A stretch of DNA of 50,930 nt, counting the filler, from Sphacelaria rigidula (lineage: Eukaryota): NCBI GenBank assembly GCA_964200075.2. It is 2 parts of 2 records of this genome, joined end to end, with 100 filler letters (N's around TTAATTAATTAA, not from the genome) between each part and the next. Parts side by side here need not be neighbours in the genome. Positions count along the whole stretch, not along the records: positions 1 to 25,419 come from CAXNAA020000167.1; positions 25,520 to 50,930 come from CAXNAA020000168.1. One strand, 5' to 3'. Made by a program: the position numbers and the translations under genes. Of this stretch, positions 23,389 to 36,900 are shown one piece after another. Numbering within the stretch: the first letter of the stretch is position 1; every line of letters begins with the position of its first letter. Below the pieces are notes generated by a model. That model was not told where the DNA came from. It ran no database searches and saw nothing but the letters and a program-made list of their open reading frames with translations.

Positions 23389-24232
23389 TCGCCCTCGCCG
23401 CCGCTGGAACTTGATGCTAGGTAGTCCCGGGCCCTAGTGAAGGCCTCATCATCGTATTTCACGACCCTTTTCAACACTTGCGCCATCTGCCGCGCCGCAA
23501 CCCTGGTTTGCTCCGCACCAGAGTTGTTATCGCCTAGCTTACGGAATGTTTGGTTGTAAACCCTGAAAAGGCTTTGGCGAACCCTTTCTAATGTGTTCTT
23601 GTCGCACTCTTTGTACTACTTGAAGTTAGTCTTCATTAACTCTGCATATCGAACTGGCTTTCAACCCCGATACACTTCACTTGAGATATGCAAACCAGTC
23701 GAAGTCGTGAAGGTTCAATCCAGGCAACGGGGACGGTCACGTCACAAACTCTACCATCCAACCCCACCGCATCGGCGCATCGGCGTATCGGCGCAAAGTA
23801 ATGAATTTCGGGACTGTTCTTCCCCGCGTGAGGGCTCGCGCTGTCTTGCTGCACTACTGCTATTACTACTCGCTTCGAACGGTGCCACAATATCCTGGCA
23901 TTGATTGGAGAAGAAGGTTCGTCGAGGTACTAAACCTCGCACCGGTCGGCGCCGATGGTGCAATCGACCTCCTGCTCTTTCTCCCTCTTCCTTATCTTCG
24001 ACGATCGCGCCTGTTTTCAGGACATAAATGCGTCAGACACCGATCTTTCCGTCGAAGTCGCTGCTCGGGTCCGGCCGAGCGTTTGACAGGATCATCAGAA
24101 TCTTTGGAGAATAGATTTTGTGCTGTACACGGGGAGACCCGGGATAACTTTACCCGGGAAGATCTCACACGTGAAGAAAAAACTCAACTCACCTTAACTC
24201 GAGTTATCTCATTTTCGTACAATTCAGTAGTG

Positions 24233-24710
24233 CCTATCACCACCGGATGAGTTATACGGTAGACCCCATACCTACCTATTTCCATTGGATGAGTTCGACG
24301 GTACACCTTGGCGTATGAATCATGCGGTACAACTCAGCGGGACCTTTTCCACTGGATGGGTTAACGGTATAACTGAGCACTACCTATTTCCTCTGGCTGA
24401 AGTATGCCGTGCAACCCGGCGGTATCTATTTCCGCTGGCTGAGCTATATGATGTAACGAAGCGATACCTGTCCCACTAGTTGAGGGTTGTACGGTGTAAC
24501 TTAGCGGTACCTTTTCCTACCGGATGGGGTATGTGGTATAACTCAGTGGTATCTATTTTCCATGGCTGAATTATACGGTATCAGTAAGCGGTACATATTT
24601 CAAATGGCTGCATTATACGGTGTGAATCAGTGGTTCCTATTTCCACCGGCTGGGTCATGCGGCAAAGCTTAGTGGTCTCTATTTCCATTGGATTTGTTAT
24701 ACCGTATACC
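24233..24710. repeat. Degenerate minisatellite, ~41-42-bp unit, about 11 copies, palindromic consensus core
   Basis: Recurring CCTATTTCCACTGGCTGAGTTATACGGTATAACTCAGCGGTA-like units; consensus built by eye. Confidence 0.8.
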
Positions 24711-25419
24711 AGGGTTGTGAACTGGCTGCCACTTTAACTGGTCAGTTACCGTTAACTGGTACAACTGGTTAACTGACCGGTTTCGTAACCAGTTGAACCA
24801 GTTGTTTCATCCGACATATGTGTCCTACTCCAAAGCGTTCTGTGTAAACATGTGTCATATTCATATCAATATGTCCGAAGTACTGTCTTACTACAATTAC
24901 CCTGGGGATGCTGTTGCAGAGGCGACGACATGACCGCACAGCGCATTTACCTAGACCTAGACACGAATATCGCAAACAATGTTTTCTCATATGAGAAGCA
25001 GGGCAAGCAGCAACAGCAGGAGCAAAAGAAGCAAGAACGAGATGTCGGAGATGGAGGAGCCCACAACTTCAGGCAGCGGTGCTCTTCCTGTCCATCAGTT
25101 GTGAACTGATGAAGTCACACTGGAAAATGCTACCAAGCTGTCGTGCTACTACTAGTTCCTGGCGCTTGGGTAGTACACGCGGACGGCTTTGTATGCTGCA
25201 CTACTGTCTCACCGATTCGTTTTTTTATTCACGTCGCAAATTCAGTGACAGTTCTTTCTTCCCATGCTTGTATGTTTTTGTGCTCTGATTACGTGCTCGA
25301 ATTGCTGGTGCTGGGCAGCTAGAATTTACCGCCATTTTGAAGAGATGTGAAGCCAAATGGCGTAATTTTCTTGCCTGCGGCGGCGCCTCCGGCGGGCCCC
25401 CCTCACCATCCGGGGGGGG

Positions 25420-25519
25420 NNNNNNNNNNNNNNNNNNNNNNNNNNNNNNNNNNNNNNNNNNNNTTAATTAATTAANNNNNNNNNNNNNNNNNNNNNNNNN
25501 NNNNNNNNNNNNNNNNNNN
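25420..25519. other. Assembly gap or artificial contig spacer (N44-TTAATTAATTAA-N44)
   Basis: Exactly 100 nt: symmetric N runs around a palindromic 12-mer (25464-25475) that has stop codons in all six frames. Confidence 0.97.
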
Positions 25520-28419
25520 CTAGCTCGACTACCATCGTGGTTACCGCAAAAAAAACGCAAGAGCGCAAAAAAAAAGCGGTAACCAGGAGGGGGGGGGGTA
25601 TGCGGGGTATGCGGGGTGGGCGAGAGTTTTACCCAGCGATGGAAGCTCACAGAGTCGGTAAACCGCTGTGAAAAAGTACCTGTGCGATTGAGGAGCATGA
25701 TGCCAACACAACAAGCCATCGTAAGTGTTGGGAAAGCATTATTTTTGGGCTGGAACCTCATTTTTGCGGTCAACCTCATCTCTACAATCGGCTGTTGTTA
25801 AGATGGACGTGGGGACGTGCAGAGATGGTACCCCGCCCCCGCAGACTGCGTTCCCATCACGAGCACAGCCGACATGAAGACACGGGCTTCACATACCAGC
25901 TGCCTGACCAATGCGGTCTAGCGCCAGGGCACCGGTGGTTGCGTCGCCCACTACATACGTGCTTCGACAGTCCAACATTACAGCTAGCAGCAATCATGGT
26001 ACACCTCTACAGACTACACGGCACGGGCGCTGCAAATAACACGGGCGGATCGGGGTGCAACGCGTCTTGCAGCCCGATACCGACGGTGTCGGCGTGCGTG
26101 GTCACCCTCCCTGTGGGTCAATCGACGTGCCCTGAAGGTGTCCATGTCCAGCACAGTGCACAGCACTGTAGCCAACAGCACGCCACGTAACCCTTTGGTA
26201 TACTGACACTCGAAGACAGTGTTTTACGGTACGGTAAGTGCAGCACAACAGTTACTGTCCTTCAAATACAGTACAATAAGTCAATGTACACCAAATACAC
26301 CATAGTAAGTACAGAAGCGTGCAGCTGTGCATGGTACTGTTTGTATTGGAATTTATGAAGAAAGCGGTACAATTGTCAAACGTCACACGGTCCAACTTAA
26401 CCACCAGGGGTGCCTGCGGATCATCGTGTCATGCATCTTGCGCCCCAAACCATTTGACGCAGTTCTTTGTCCCATGGAATCTGTACATGGTGGACAACAC
26501 CGTCTCCGTGCTGCAGATCCAGATGGACCTGGGTGGACGCCACACATCGACATACCAGTTTCTCCGCAGCGTACGGGTGCTCAGCAACAGTATTCTTACC
26601 ACCCAACGCGGTAATTTGTCATTTTAAACGTCACCTTTTCAGCCATAAACCAGCACCGATGCTCCTGCCTTGTTCAAAGCTTCGCAGTGGTGTCGCGTGT
26701 CTGACCGGCACTCCGTGGTGGGTAGCTCTCCGGTCGTGTTAAGTACACCTACTTTGCGGCTGGTTCCACCTAAAGTCTTATCCTATGACTCTTGTATGCG
26801 GGCTTTCACCTACTCGTGATTTTTTTTCTTTCGACGTAAGACTGTAATATTCATGTTAACCTTGGGCCGAATCAGGTGCTCGTTGACTCGAGGTGGCCCT
26901 CTTCATATGTCCATATCTCGAGATTGCGGGCGCTGATCCAAAATCTGAGTGGATCATTCGCACCGTCGTGTTCACGACTGTGTATTGGAACTGGTTCTAC
27001 GGTTTGATGATCAGAAATGGGTTCGGAACAAATATTCCCCCGTAAAAACGTGTTACTCATTTTCGACATGCGCTACCGCAACTTGTGCTTGCTTTACGCA
27101 TATGCGACCGGCACCTGACGAAAGCTACACTCAAGATTTATTTGATATGTCCAAGTTACATATGTGTTGCGGTGATATTGATATAATTGTCTCTACAGCT
27201 GGCTTGAAGTTTTTGGTAGCGCTACAAAACAGGTGTTTGTTGGGGGGGTCACACTTGTGTGCAGCTATTTTTTCCTGTGCATTTACTTCTATTAACTATA
27301 CGTCACCGTAATAGTCTAAATCTCAGCTTGTTTATTGACGACAACATTGCATCGGGTCAACACGCGGGGAAATGATAACTACGCGCTAGTGTTGCCATAG
27401 TACTGAAAACTGGTTTGCTTCGCGGTCTTTGAGTAGAGATGTTTTTTGTTACATGCAAGGGCTACACATTTGAAGATTCGACCTGGCTACGCTAAACTAA
27501 ACGAAAAATGCACAGATGGTTCGCCGCACATGACGTTTGTTCGCAAATCCAAGCTACACTGGCTCCGTCCTAGGTCCCCGTCGCTCATTTCTGGTGCTTA
27601 TTGGGCGTACTTCATTTTCTGTTACTATGGCCACTTGGTTAACGGTGCGAGGTGGGCTCTTTTTCGTATTTAGTAGTCTTTTTTTTCGGGTGGATATTGT
27701 CGATATAGTGAAAACAAAGTGAACAAAAATTCCAAGTCAAATTCGCTTGGAAGTGGACCACTTCAAATGTTGTCGAAAATGTATCAAGTCGTTTCATTGG
27801 ATGGCATACATGAAAAATCGTCAAAGCTTTTGATTTGCAAAGTTCATAATATACAGACGTCGTGAACACCTCCTGTACAACGGCAAGCGACGAGCATGAG
27901 AGCGTTCTGAATTTGATGCCGACGCAGCGCTACCCAGGAAGTAGGCGCCGGTGTACAAACTTGAATGAATTAACTTCGATATGGCTTTTCGAAAGAAGAA
28001 ATGTTATGCTCTCAACTTGGATCAAATTATGTGACTGACAAAATTCTTGTGAACACGAGAATTTTTTCGCAAACAAATGCCAATCGACTTTAAACTACTC
28101 ATCGTTCCTTGCTGTGTTCATCCAAACCCTGCCACGAGCGCAGCAGTTGCTCGTAATAACGTGATGCGGGTCTGCGTGGATTGATTGTCGCACGTTGACG
28201 GGAGGGGATGGTATACCATATCAGCGACAACATTCGATCTCCCTAGTCTACACTAGTTGACACCATCCCAAAACAACGTTCGCACTTTGCTTTTTTACTG
28301 GTCGTACATGTTTCAGTGATTTTTTCATTGGCTTGCCCTCGTTTAGCGCAGTAATTTGGGGTGATAATATGGGGATCAAGTGCGCAGACCCGAGCCGAAA
28401 CGCGCGATACTGCCGTTAT

Positions 28420-29700
28420 CTGTGAGAATGTTGAGGCGGTAATCGATTCATTGAAGAAAAGCCCAGGCGCAACGTTGTTGGTGTGGGTAACTGCACACGG
28501 TTATGCCAACGACGATAGGCGGTAGTGTACAACGGGTGAGAGTGCAGTTAGTTGCATTGCACCGGACGCCTGTGAAGTTTTTTAGTTGTTCATCACCGGC
28601 CGCGTACGACCATTTTGGCCAGCGTGTCATTGCCTATGTATCTCCTGAACTCTATTCGATGCTCTACGGTGTGCAGTTTCTAGGCAAGCAAGGCGCAGGT
28701 GAATTGCGCAATGGTAGCGCCCCTCGATATACTTGGATAGCGTAGCGATCATCGGGGAATGGTAAAACACGACGGCTGCGAGATATCCCAAGTTAAACCA
28801 CACGGACAGGGATAAAATCCTAGCTGTGCTTTTGGTTTGGTGTTTCCTCTGCTTGTTTTCCAGGCCATTCCGTGGATTGTCAAACATTCCCAGCCCCACC
28901 CCGCATGAGTACTCCCTCCGGTTTTTCGTCTACTGGACTGTCCACCTAAATGTTCTTCATAGACGAGGGCTCGAAAACGGTCAAAGCTTTGGTGCAATTT
29001 TTGACGGCGGGATGATTCGCACATGAGAACTAAACCTAAAAAAAATCCGCGTTGGCACAAATGGACTCACATTGATCGTGTCAGTCAAGTGGAGGTTTGC
29101 CCTGGAAGTTGTGCTTGTGCTGCGGAAATGATGGAAAACGTCGAGATTTTTCGTACCGAAAACAAGGGTTACCGGGCACAGTGCCGTGGCAGGGGTACCA
29201 TCTTTCTCAAAATTGGCACCACATTCACATTTTGTCGTTGAGCTTGGAAGGGCGGGTACAGTGAGGAGGGAGAAACGGGCAATGCTCTCAAAATCCAACT
29301 CATCTAGATTCCAGTTGTGGGCAAAACCTTGAGTTCAAGTTGACCGAAGTGGTTGACTCGGGGTAAGAATGCGCTGCGCACAGTTTTGAAAAATTGTGGA
29401 GAGTTGGCTGCGAGTTGGAGATATCGAGGTGATATGAGGGAGCTGCGGAGTTGCCTGGAGACGTTCTTGTATCGCACCCCCACAGAGTAAGAACGGGGAA
29501 AGATCATATCAACCAACGAGTGTTGGTGATGCAGCGGCCTGCAGATGCATTCAGAGCGTTTTGACTGATGCAACAAAGTATTGTTTTGACTCCAAGACGG
29601 TGAGCCGAACCTGAGATGTACAACACCTTTTTCTCGAAACGATGATCTCTGGCATGAAACTCCAACAAATCGCAAGCGATTGGGGCAGGCAGCTCATGTT
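28420..29700 (-). pseudogene. Possible decayed KDZ (Kyakuja-Dileera-Zisupton) transposase with a CxC1-like cysteine cluster
   Basis: Frameshifted pieces KCECGANFEKDGTPATALCPVTLVFGTKNLDVFHHF...NVSPFVPTRIFF / GLVLMCESSRRQKLHQSFDRFRALVYEEH resemble CxC1. VVGITVCSYPH / NVAPGLFFN resembles the KDZ GxxxxxCxxH motif. Recognised by eye only. Confidence 0.4.
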
Positions 29701-31450
29701 GCACACAAGACACTGGGTATCCTGGAAAACAAAAGAGAGTATTCACATGTCCATGCCAAACAGCCAAACTCACCCTGTGTGTGTGTGTGGGAAGTGTGGG
29801 ATCACAGCACACTGTGAAGAGGAAGCGAAAACTGTATGTAGGTGTGCACATATGTAGTGGAAATTTATGCTGCAAAAATCCTCGTCCAGGATCTACAACC
29901 TTGGCCGGCCTCCCGGCCTATACGCCATTTACGACTATCCGGACACAGGGTGCTAGGTGTGCCAAAGGATCAACCACGGGCTTCCGTAGTACAGGAAAAG
30001 TCGCAATCGTCGCGAGGGAAACGCGTGTTTGGGAAGTCGAGATGAACAAAAAAGCGACACTACATGGAGTCGTCTGGATCTATATCTACACGAACTTTCT
30101 ACGCATACAAACTAGACCAGTGTGCCACCATCAGCGCGCTACCTGTAATGCAACCCGTCACACGCGCGCGCAGTCCACTGTACACATTCTCGCAGAATTT
30201 TCGATGCCTCTCGATATTATTGCAAAGTCTAAGAGTGAAGAGGATAACATGTATGGATCGAGCAATTGAGATCCATCGCTGTAAGCCGTACGCTAGGTGC
30301 CGCCAGTGAGGCGATATGTCGTGACACGGGCGATGGGCGATGAATAAAAGTGGTATCAAACCGCAGTGGTTTTGAAGTATCCGGCTCTTTGAGCCCCTGT
30401 GTTATGTGTAGAGCAGAAACTACAGGGATGGAACTTCGATCCGCTTGTCGAGTCGTGCGCTCTTACCGAGTTCCAGCCAGTTGTAAAGAACAGGCAGGGG
30501 TCTTGGTATCCCAAGTTGCAAGTCAACCTCGTGTCGTATAAGCAGAAAAATGCAAACGGCTGTTCAGACAGGGAACACAGCATTCAGCAGGGTACTGTTA
30601 TTATAGTTGAGTAGCACAAGAAGAGACTTTGGCAATGGAGTGACTCACTCTAGTGTATGTACACTTCTTCGATGGATGTGCTATGTTGCAGTGCGTGTGC
30701 TCTACTTCAGAGAGACGGTGCCCGTCTGACAATCATGTCTCAAGATGCTGTTACTTTCCGCGAAATTGCTGCTAGGATGATTCTTGATGCGATCTTGAAC
30801 TCGTGGTTTTTGCCAAAAGTAAAAAAAAACGAGAAAGTGAAGGAGTGTTCTCTAAGCTCATGCGTCGTGGTCATGCTGACACGACGTCTTGTGCCCAGGG
30901 TAGCCTCAAGTTATCTGTACGTAAATGGCTAGAAGCAACCGTGCCTTGGAGCCCTTGTCTGGCATTCCAGCTGTGCATTACCATGGCTCCCCACTTTCCC
31001 GGTGGTGCGGACAAGGGCGAGGGGGGTCTGAAAGTGGTGATATTTTCCAGCAAAACCACTTCAAACCGTTGCGTACACCCGGTACAGATCCTCGAGATTG
31101 CGGACTCGTCCCGAGGAAATGAGGGACATGAAAGTTTGACGGGAACACCACGCCACAGTAGCGTACACGCGGACAAGAAAGACAGTTAATGTAGTGCTTA
31201 TACGTGTAGGGTTAGGGTACCCCGGAGTTGCGAACAGGTTGCCCAATATTGCTCTCTTACCCACCGCAAGCGACTTCAAATGACTGGGCGACTGGCGTCA
31301 TGATAAAAGAGATGAATGGAAATGCTTGGTCTCCTTCACACAAGTACTTTCACATCGATGCACTTACCTTGGAACGCCAAAACACTCTTTGATACTGACG
31401 TTTTTTGTCGCCGTGCCCAAGCTTCTGCAATACGATTGTATTTTTTATAG

Positions 31451-31905
31451 GGTCTCAGTTGGTAACCTCGAAACCTTCTGACGGTTGGGTCGTGGGTTCG
31501 GATCTCGGAGCCATCTGAGATTTTTTCTCACACAATGCATAACAGTAGAGAGCGACTATGTCGTGGGTACACAAGATTCGACTCAATTGTCGACGACGGA
31601 AAGGGACCGCTGAGCCCCTCTCGCAATATAAAATTGAAGGTGAGCACTGCAGAAAAAAGTTGGAGAACTGAAAAGAAGAAATCTGTGTTGGCCTTCCTCC
31701 TGTGTGACCCCAGCTGGGGTGCCCACATATACCGAGAGGTGCAGACCGGCGTCGAGAACAGATGGGACAACGCAGTGTTGCCACAGTTTGGCATCCTCAG
31801 CTCTCGCACGGCAATCCGCGTTGACCCCATTTTCTCTAAAACCGAACTCTATCGATACACCGAACATCGTCAATGGGTAAAAGCGAATTAATCGCGTCCT
31901 CTCGC
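31451..31905 (+). mobile_element. tRNA-derived SINE-like element
   Basis: The head GGTCTCAGTTGGTAACCTCG...GTGGGTTCGGATCTC has A-box- and B-box-like motifs and is followed by a non-coding body. From memory, the body resembles an abundant brown-algal intronic repeat; not verified. Confidence 0.65.
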
Positions 31906-32024
31906 TTTCACAGCAGTATCTTCAAATGGCCCCAACAAAAAACGAGCCGAGTCGGGGTCCGTCAAAAAGAGCCTAGCTGAAATCGAAGAGTGCGAAAAGA
32001 TTCAGGCAGGGACAAGATTCTAGA

Positions 32025-33362
32025 ATGGCGTTTCATGGTTGAGTCGCACAATAGTCGGAACCCCAAAGGTCCTTGTCGTGTTGGGTGTTGAATACTGCGC
32101 GGGTTTGCTTTGTTCGCAGCCGCCTGGGCGGTGCGTTGAGTTGAGTCCTCCCGTTTGTTCACTGTAGAGGACGACCAAATTTACAAAAAGCATGCACCTG
32201 TTTGTCTACTCAATTGGTGTTCCCAAGTGATACTCCCGGATGCTGAAAGGACAAATATGACATGGAAACTACTTCACTGTGCTTGTCTTACCAAAGCGGG
32301 GCGATTGTGCACGTCTTACGTGACCTCATCCACACTGCTGACACCGACGTGGAACCAAGAACGCTTGGGTGCGCTCACCTTACAAAAGGATCGGCGGTGT
32401 TGCCGTTGAGAATCTTGTCCGTCGATGGCATTCCATATATATTTTCTACCCAGAAGTGCTCTGCATGTGGCACTTGTCACCGGGCTATGACGGTGGGTTG
32501 TGGATGTCTCGTGTAACATCACGACGCTCTCTCTACATTGCGGCCATGCCAGCACTGTAATGTAGGCTGTTCTATGACCTCCTCTCCTTCTACCGTCGAT
32601 TCCCAGATCCGAGTCTCTCGCAGCCTTTACAGAATGGAGCTGCGGAGACGACAGGTTCAAGTGCACCCTACGCAGGTTCAAGTTCAGCTGACCCCCAGGG
32701 TGGATTGCAAAGCCGCGGCGATGAGGCCAAGATGGGACATTGCGGTCTCAATACAAACGGGGCGGCAACTAAGAACGCTGTTCAACACTTGAATGCTGCG
32801 CAGCACTTCAAGCCGCCGTCTCTACCGATCAGAGGTGATGCGCCACATATACCTCATGAAGTTGACTCTCAATCAGACGGAGTATCCCAGCAGGTACTTC
32901 CCCCCGCACAGGGCCAAGGAACAGTAGCAAAGACCGAGAGCAAGAGTTCGGGAACTGTGAATGGTGTGAGCCCATCGGCACAAGCATCTAGTGAGGAGCA
33001 GGTGAGATACTGTCCGTGACGAATGGCGCTGATCGGGTTTGTACGATTCGGCCATCACGTAAGTCACGTGATTGCCCCGCACATTGGGGCCGTCGCGCCC
33101 CAGTTGTCCAACCGCCAGTTCGGGTGAAAGGCTGCGAGTACGAATCTGGGCAGGACTGGTCTTTCAAAGCAGAATCTGGTTTCTGTCGTTGAAAATTCGA
33201 GGGCGTGAGTAGCGAAGAAATGTTGTTGGGAGTTGATGAGAAACAAGAGTGCTTGTTCAATGCTGGATGGAAAAATGTTGGGCAGGTATCGGGGGAAAGA
33301 CGGGTTGATCTCTTGAGACTGCGGAGTCGTCCCGAGGAAGGGTGGAGCTCAAAAGTATGACG

Positions 33363-33396
<34 letters not shown>

Positions 33397-33898
33397 CGAT
33401 CATATACATATATATATATATATTCTGGCTCCTACGTCCCCGCACACTTGAGTGCATTTCACGCCTAAAAACTTCGATTGCGACGACCGAAACTGGCATC
33501 TAGCACTCGAATGCATATCGCGGTTCGTTGGTTACCACGTTGTTTTGCTTGCCAATGCTCGAGGTCACTTGGGTGAAAAGATGCGTTCATCACACCAGAA
33601 CGTGAACGCAACCTACCTACTTCCTGCACAGGGAACATGTTGGAGGTGCACACTTTGCGCCATCCATGGTGGGCTCTCACACACGCATCACGCATCACAG
33701 TATGATGCCTCTTAACGGTCACACTCCAACCCCGTTTGTTCGATCGGCAGAAAATGAGGAGTACTCCTGCCCATATTTACCTGAGCCTACCTGCTGGTCA
33801 CGGATACGCTGCACAGTTGGAAACACTCCGTAAGTCAAACTTCGACAAGTACCGCGTGTTCGCACAAAAGTGGGTAAAACGTGTCAGTGAAAAGGCAC

Positions 33899-33948
<50 letters not shown>

Positions 33949-36900
33949 CAGCGACAATCGTCTCTACTTCACGTCCCGATTGATTCGCGACAGGGCGTCG
34001 CCGAACGCCATAATGTGCAGCCGTCGAAACTGCACCAGCCGGCTGCACAAGAGCAACGACGGCATGTACCCCTTTCTCCACAAGCAGTAAATCCTCAGTA
34101 CTCCAACCAACAACCGTATCAACTGAACCAGCATCCGCTCGCCCCTGGGTATCAGCCTCATGAGGTAACATGCGTTACACACTGCATTGGTCGTGCATCG
34201 CGCATTCATCGATTGTCTGGCATGAGTGACATAAGCTTGTGTGGATGTGTGAAAGTATGAAACAGAGGTGCAAGCTTGTCGTTCACCGTGAATCTCAGGT
34301 ATTGCGGCGCACTTTGAGGTACCGCTGTCCACATTCCTACTTATTGACGTTTCGCGCTCGTGGCTCTCGTGCTCTTGCTTGCGATCGCGATACTCATTCG
34401 CACACGAAAATTGTCCAATTGCATACTGACGGAACCCGTTCGAATAGAGTAGTACGTTGTACTCAGTTCCTTTTTCAGGTTGGTGACTTGCTTCTTGATT
34501 AGTTACGGCTTGTTCTGCGTTTCGATTCTGCGCAAACTGTCTCAGCGACATGGATATTTCATGCGCCGTGACGGGTTGACCAAATGAAAAATCCCTGTCA
34601 TGCAGACGATGCAGTGTTGGGCATTGGGACGACCTCCATTGCATTCGCGCTCATGAAGCTTTGGTACGTAATCAACCAACTAAATTTCGGGTTCGTGTGC
34701 TGTTTGTATGGGTTCCGGTTGATGCAGAAGACTTGTTTTTCATGTTCAATGGAAGACTTGTCCTTGTCGTTCACATATCGTCGGTGCAGGTGAGCAGCCC
34801 ATTTACAAACGGGAGCCTTACACCAGCACAGTTCCAACAACAAGCGTTTGCCTTGTCACTGGGGAGGCAGGTGAGCGCTACCATACATATGTATATATAT
34901 ATATATATATACAATCCGTTCGGCACCGGGGATGCCGTCCCGATCCCGTCCGTCTTCTTGGAGGGTCGCGGTATTCTTGCCTTGCCAAGCTCTCATGAGA
35001 AATGTTTCTTGGTTATAATTTCATGTATATCGAAGAAATAAGACGAGAAAGAGTCCTGGATTGCAGGTGAAACGATGAGGAAAAGTGCATAGGAAAAAGA
35101 TTGCAGCGCGACTGAGAAAGAGGGCGACGGTTGATATGTTGTAACATCCCCTCCGCTCGCATCGATGTCTTCGAGGTTATTGTGTTTGTTTACAGAGAAG
35201 ACGATGTTGGTTGATGGAACTGGGAAGGGATGTTATGATGATGGGAACAAAATTTGCGAGACGAGGAATAGGACCGCGGGCATGAATGATGAGAGAAAGT
35301 ACGAAGATTGCAGTGGAAGACAAAATCGACGCCCGGTGTAGAAAAACTTTGTTCTTGCACGGCACCACCAGCAGGAAAAAAAATACACGACCAAGGACTC
35401 GAATTCGACTCCCGGTGTGAAAAAATAGTGTTCTACTCACGCACCACGAGAAGAAAAAATATTCGGCACAGCGTTCGAATCCCAACCGACTTGCACGTCC
35501 ACAACTTTACCTTTCACCTACAGAAGACACGCGCATCTTCTTCAAAGTATTGCGCCATATATTACCTCATAAAGATGCTTATTTTTTAATTTGCTGTTAT
35601 AATTCCAATATATATACAGTATGAGAAGCTCGGGTGCGGGCGGGTGCGGGCATTTTACCCTCATTTCAGTATAAATCGCGTGGACGGGTATGAATGATAG
35701 GCAAAAGTGAATATGAAAAATACCGGAGCGTTGGGTGCCCGGGCAGCAACCGTCCTCGTGCAGGATACAAAGATGAGTAGAAGTTCTCGCAGACGAGCTT
35801 AGTACATGATCGCGACTATGTGCTGGCTCAGTGGACATATCGTGAGACTTCGGTCACATTTATAGTTTGTTTCGTCTACGATTTAGGGCAAAATCAGAGT
35901 TTGCGTCCCGTTTTCTACTTTCGGTACACACGACGGTTCAACTTGGTTTTGTACTGTACTGAAAAAAGAGCAAGTTGGCCTCGACAGGCAAGTAGAACGT
36001 GTGTTCTTCACAGACGGCCTCCGAGAAAAACCTCGCCGTACAGGACGACTGTCCGAGAGGCGTATACCTCGTAATATATCGAGGTGGTGAAGCCTTCAAC
36101 GTCCAAAGTCAGAGAAGACGGGGCCATTTGCCGAATTGTATATGGCGGGATAGGCTCGTCATGTTTGAAGATCACAACAGTTGTCTCTATGCTCGTAGCC
36201 GTCTTGACTGAATGTATATTACTGTTGTTACTGTACTGCCTGTATTTGACCATCACACCGGGGGGGGAGTCCATCTCGGTTATGTATACATTTTTGATGT
36301 GAAACTGATGCCAATTCCATCCATGACTTACTCTCGCTGCCTGCGGTTCTGTTGGTACTGTACTGTTTATATGTATGCCTTGCACCGGCAATCATCTGCG
36401 TCGGAAGCTTTCAACTTCAGACAAAGACAACACAACGTCAGCATTGGGCGCCATATTGTACTAGACTTCGTTTCACGTTCCCCCTTGTGTGCGAGCAGCT
36501 GTCGGTGCACCCACCCAACGGCAATCAGCGCCGTGAACTGTCTGTCCTTGATGTCGTTATGCACTGTCTATACTACAGCATAGATTGCGTTCACGAAGTA
36601 ATCATGTACTTCGGAAACATCGCAGGACCACCACGATCTCGCGTCCGTTCGAATGGTAGCGAACGCAAGTGTACCCCGACGCAAAATGCAGCACGAATCG
36701 GCGCACTGGACCCCTAGCATTGGCGTTCGCCCAAACAGTCATCTCCCGGGGCGGGTGCGAAGGAACTTGCGCACTAATTTCAGCATAAATATCGTGGACG
36801 CCTCCCTAAAAAGTGTGCTTCGCGCTCGTGAGTCCGAAATATTGTCTATACATACTACATAATATGCACGTGTGATGGAAATATTCGAACAAGGGCCCAC

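Noticed and set aside
25420-25519. Palindromic TTAATTAATTAA as a biological site, and linkage between the fibre gene and SMARCAL1
   Set aside because: It is a synthetic all-frame stop spacer inside symmetric Ns, so adjacency across it cannot be assumed.
25520-26750. Cys/His-rich short ORFs after the gap
   Set aside because: No recognisable domain or consistent exon chain could be built.
32985-33900. RPA-binding motif at [18 protein letters not shown]
   Set aside because: Only the EEQ resembles the vertebrate motif; too weak to call.
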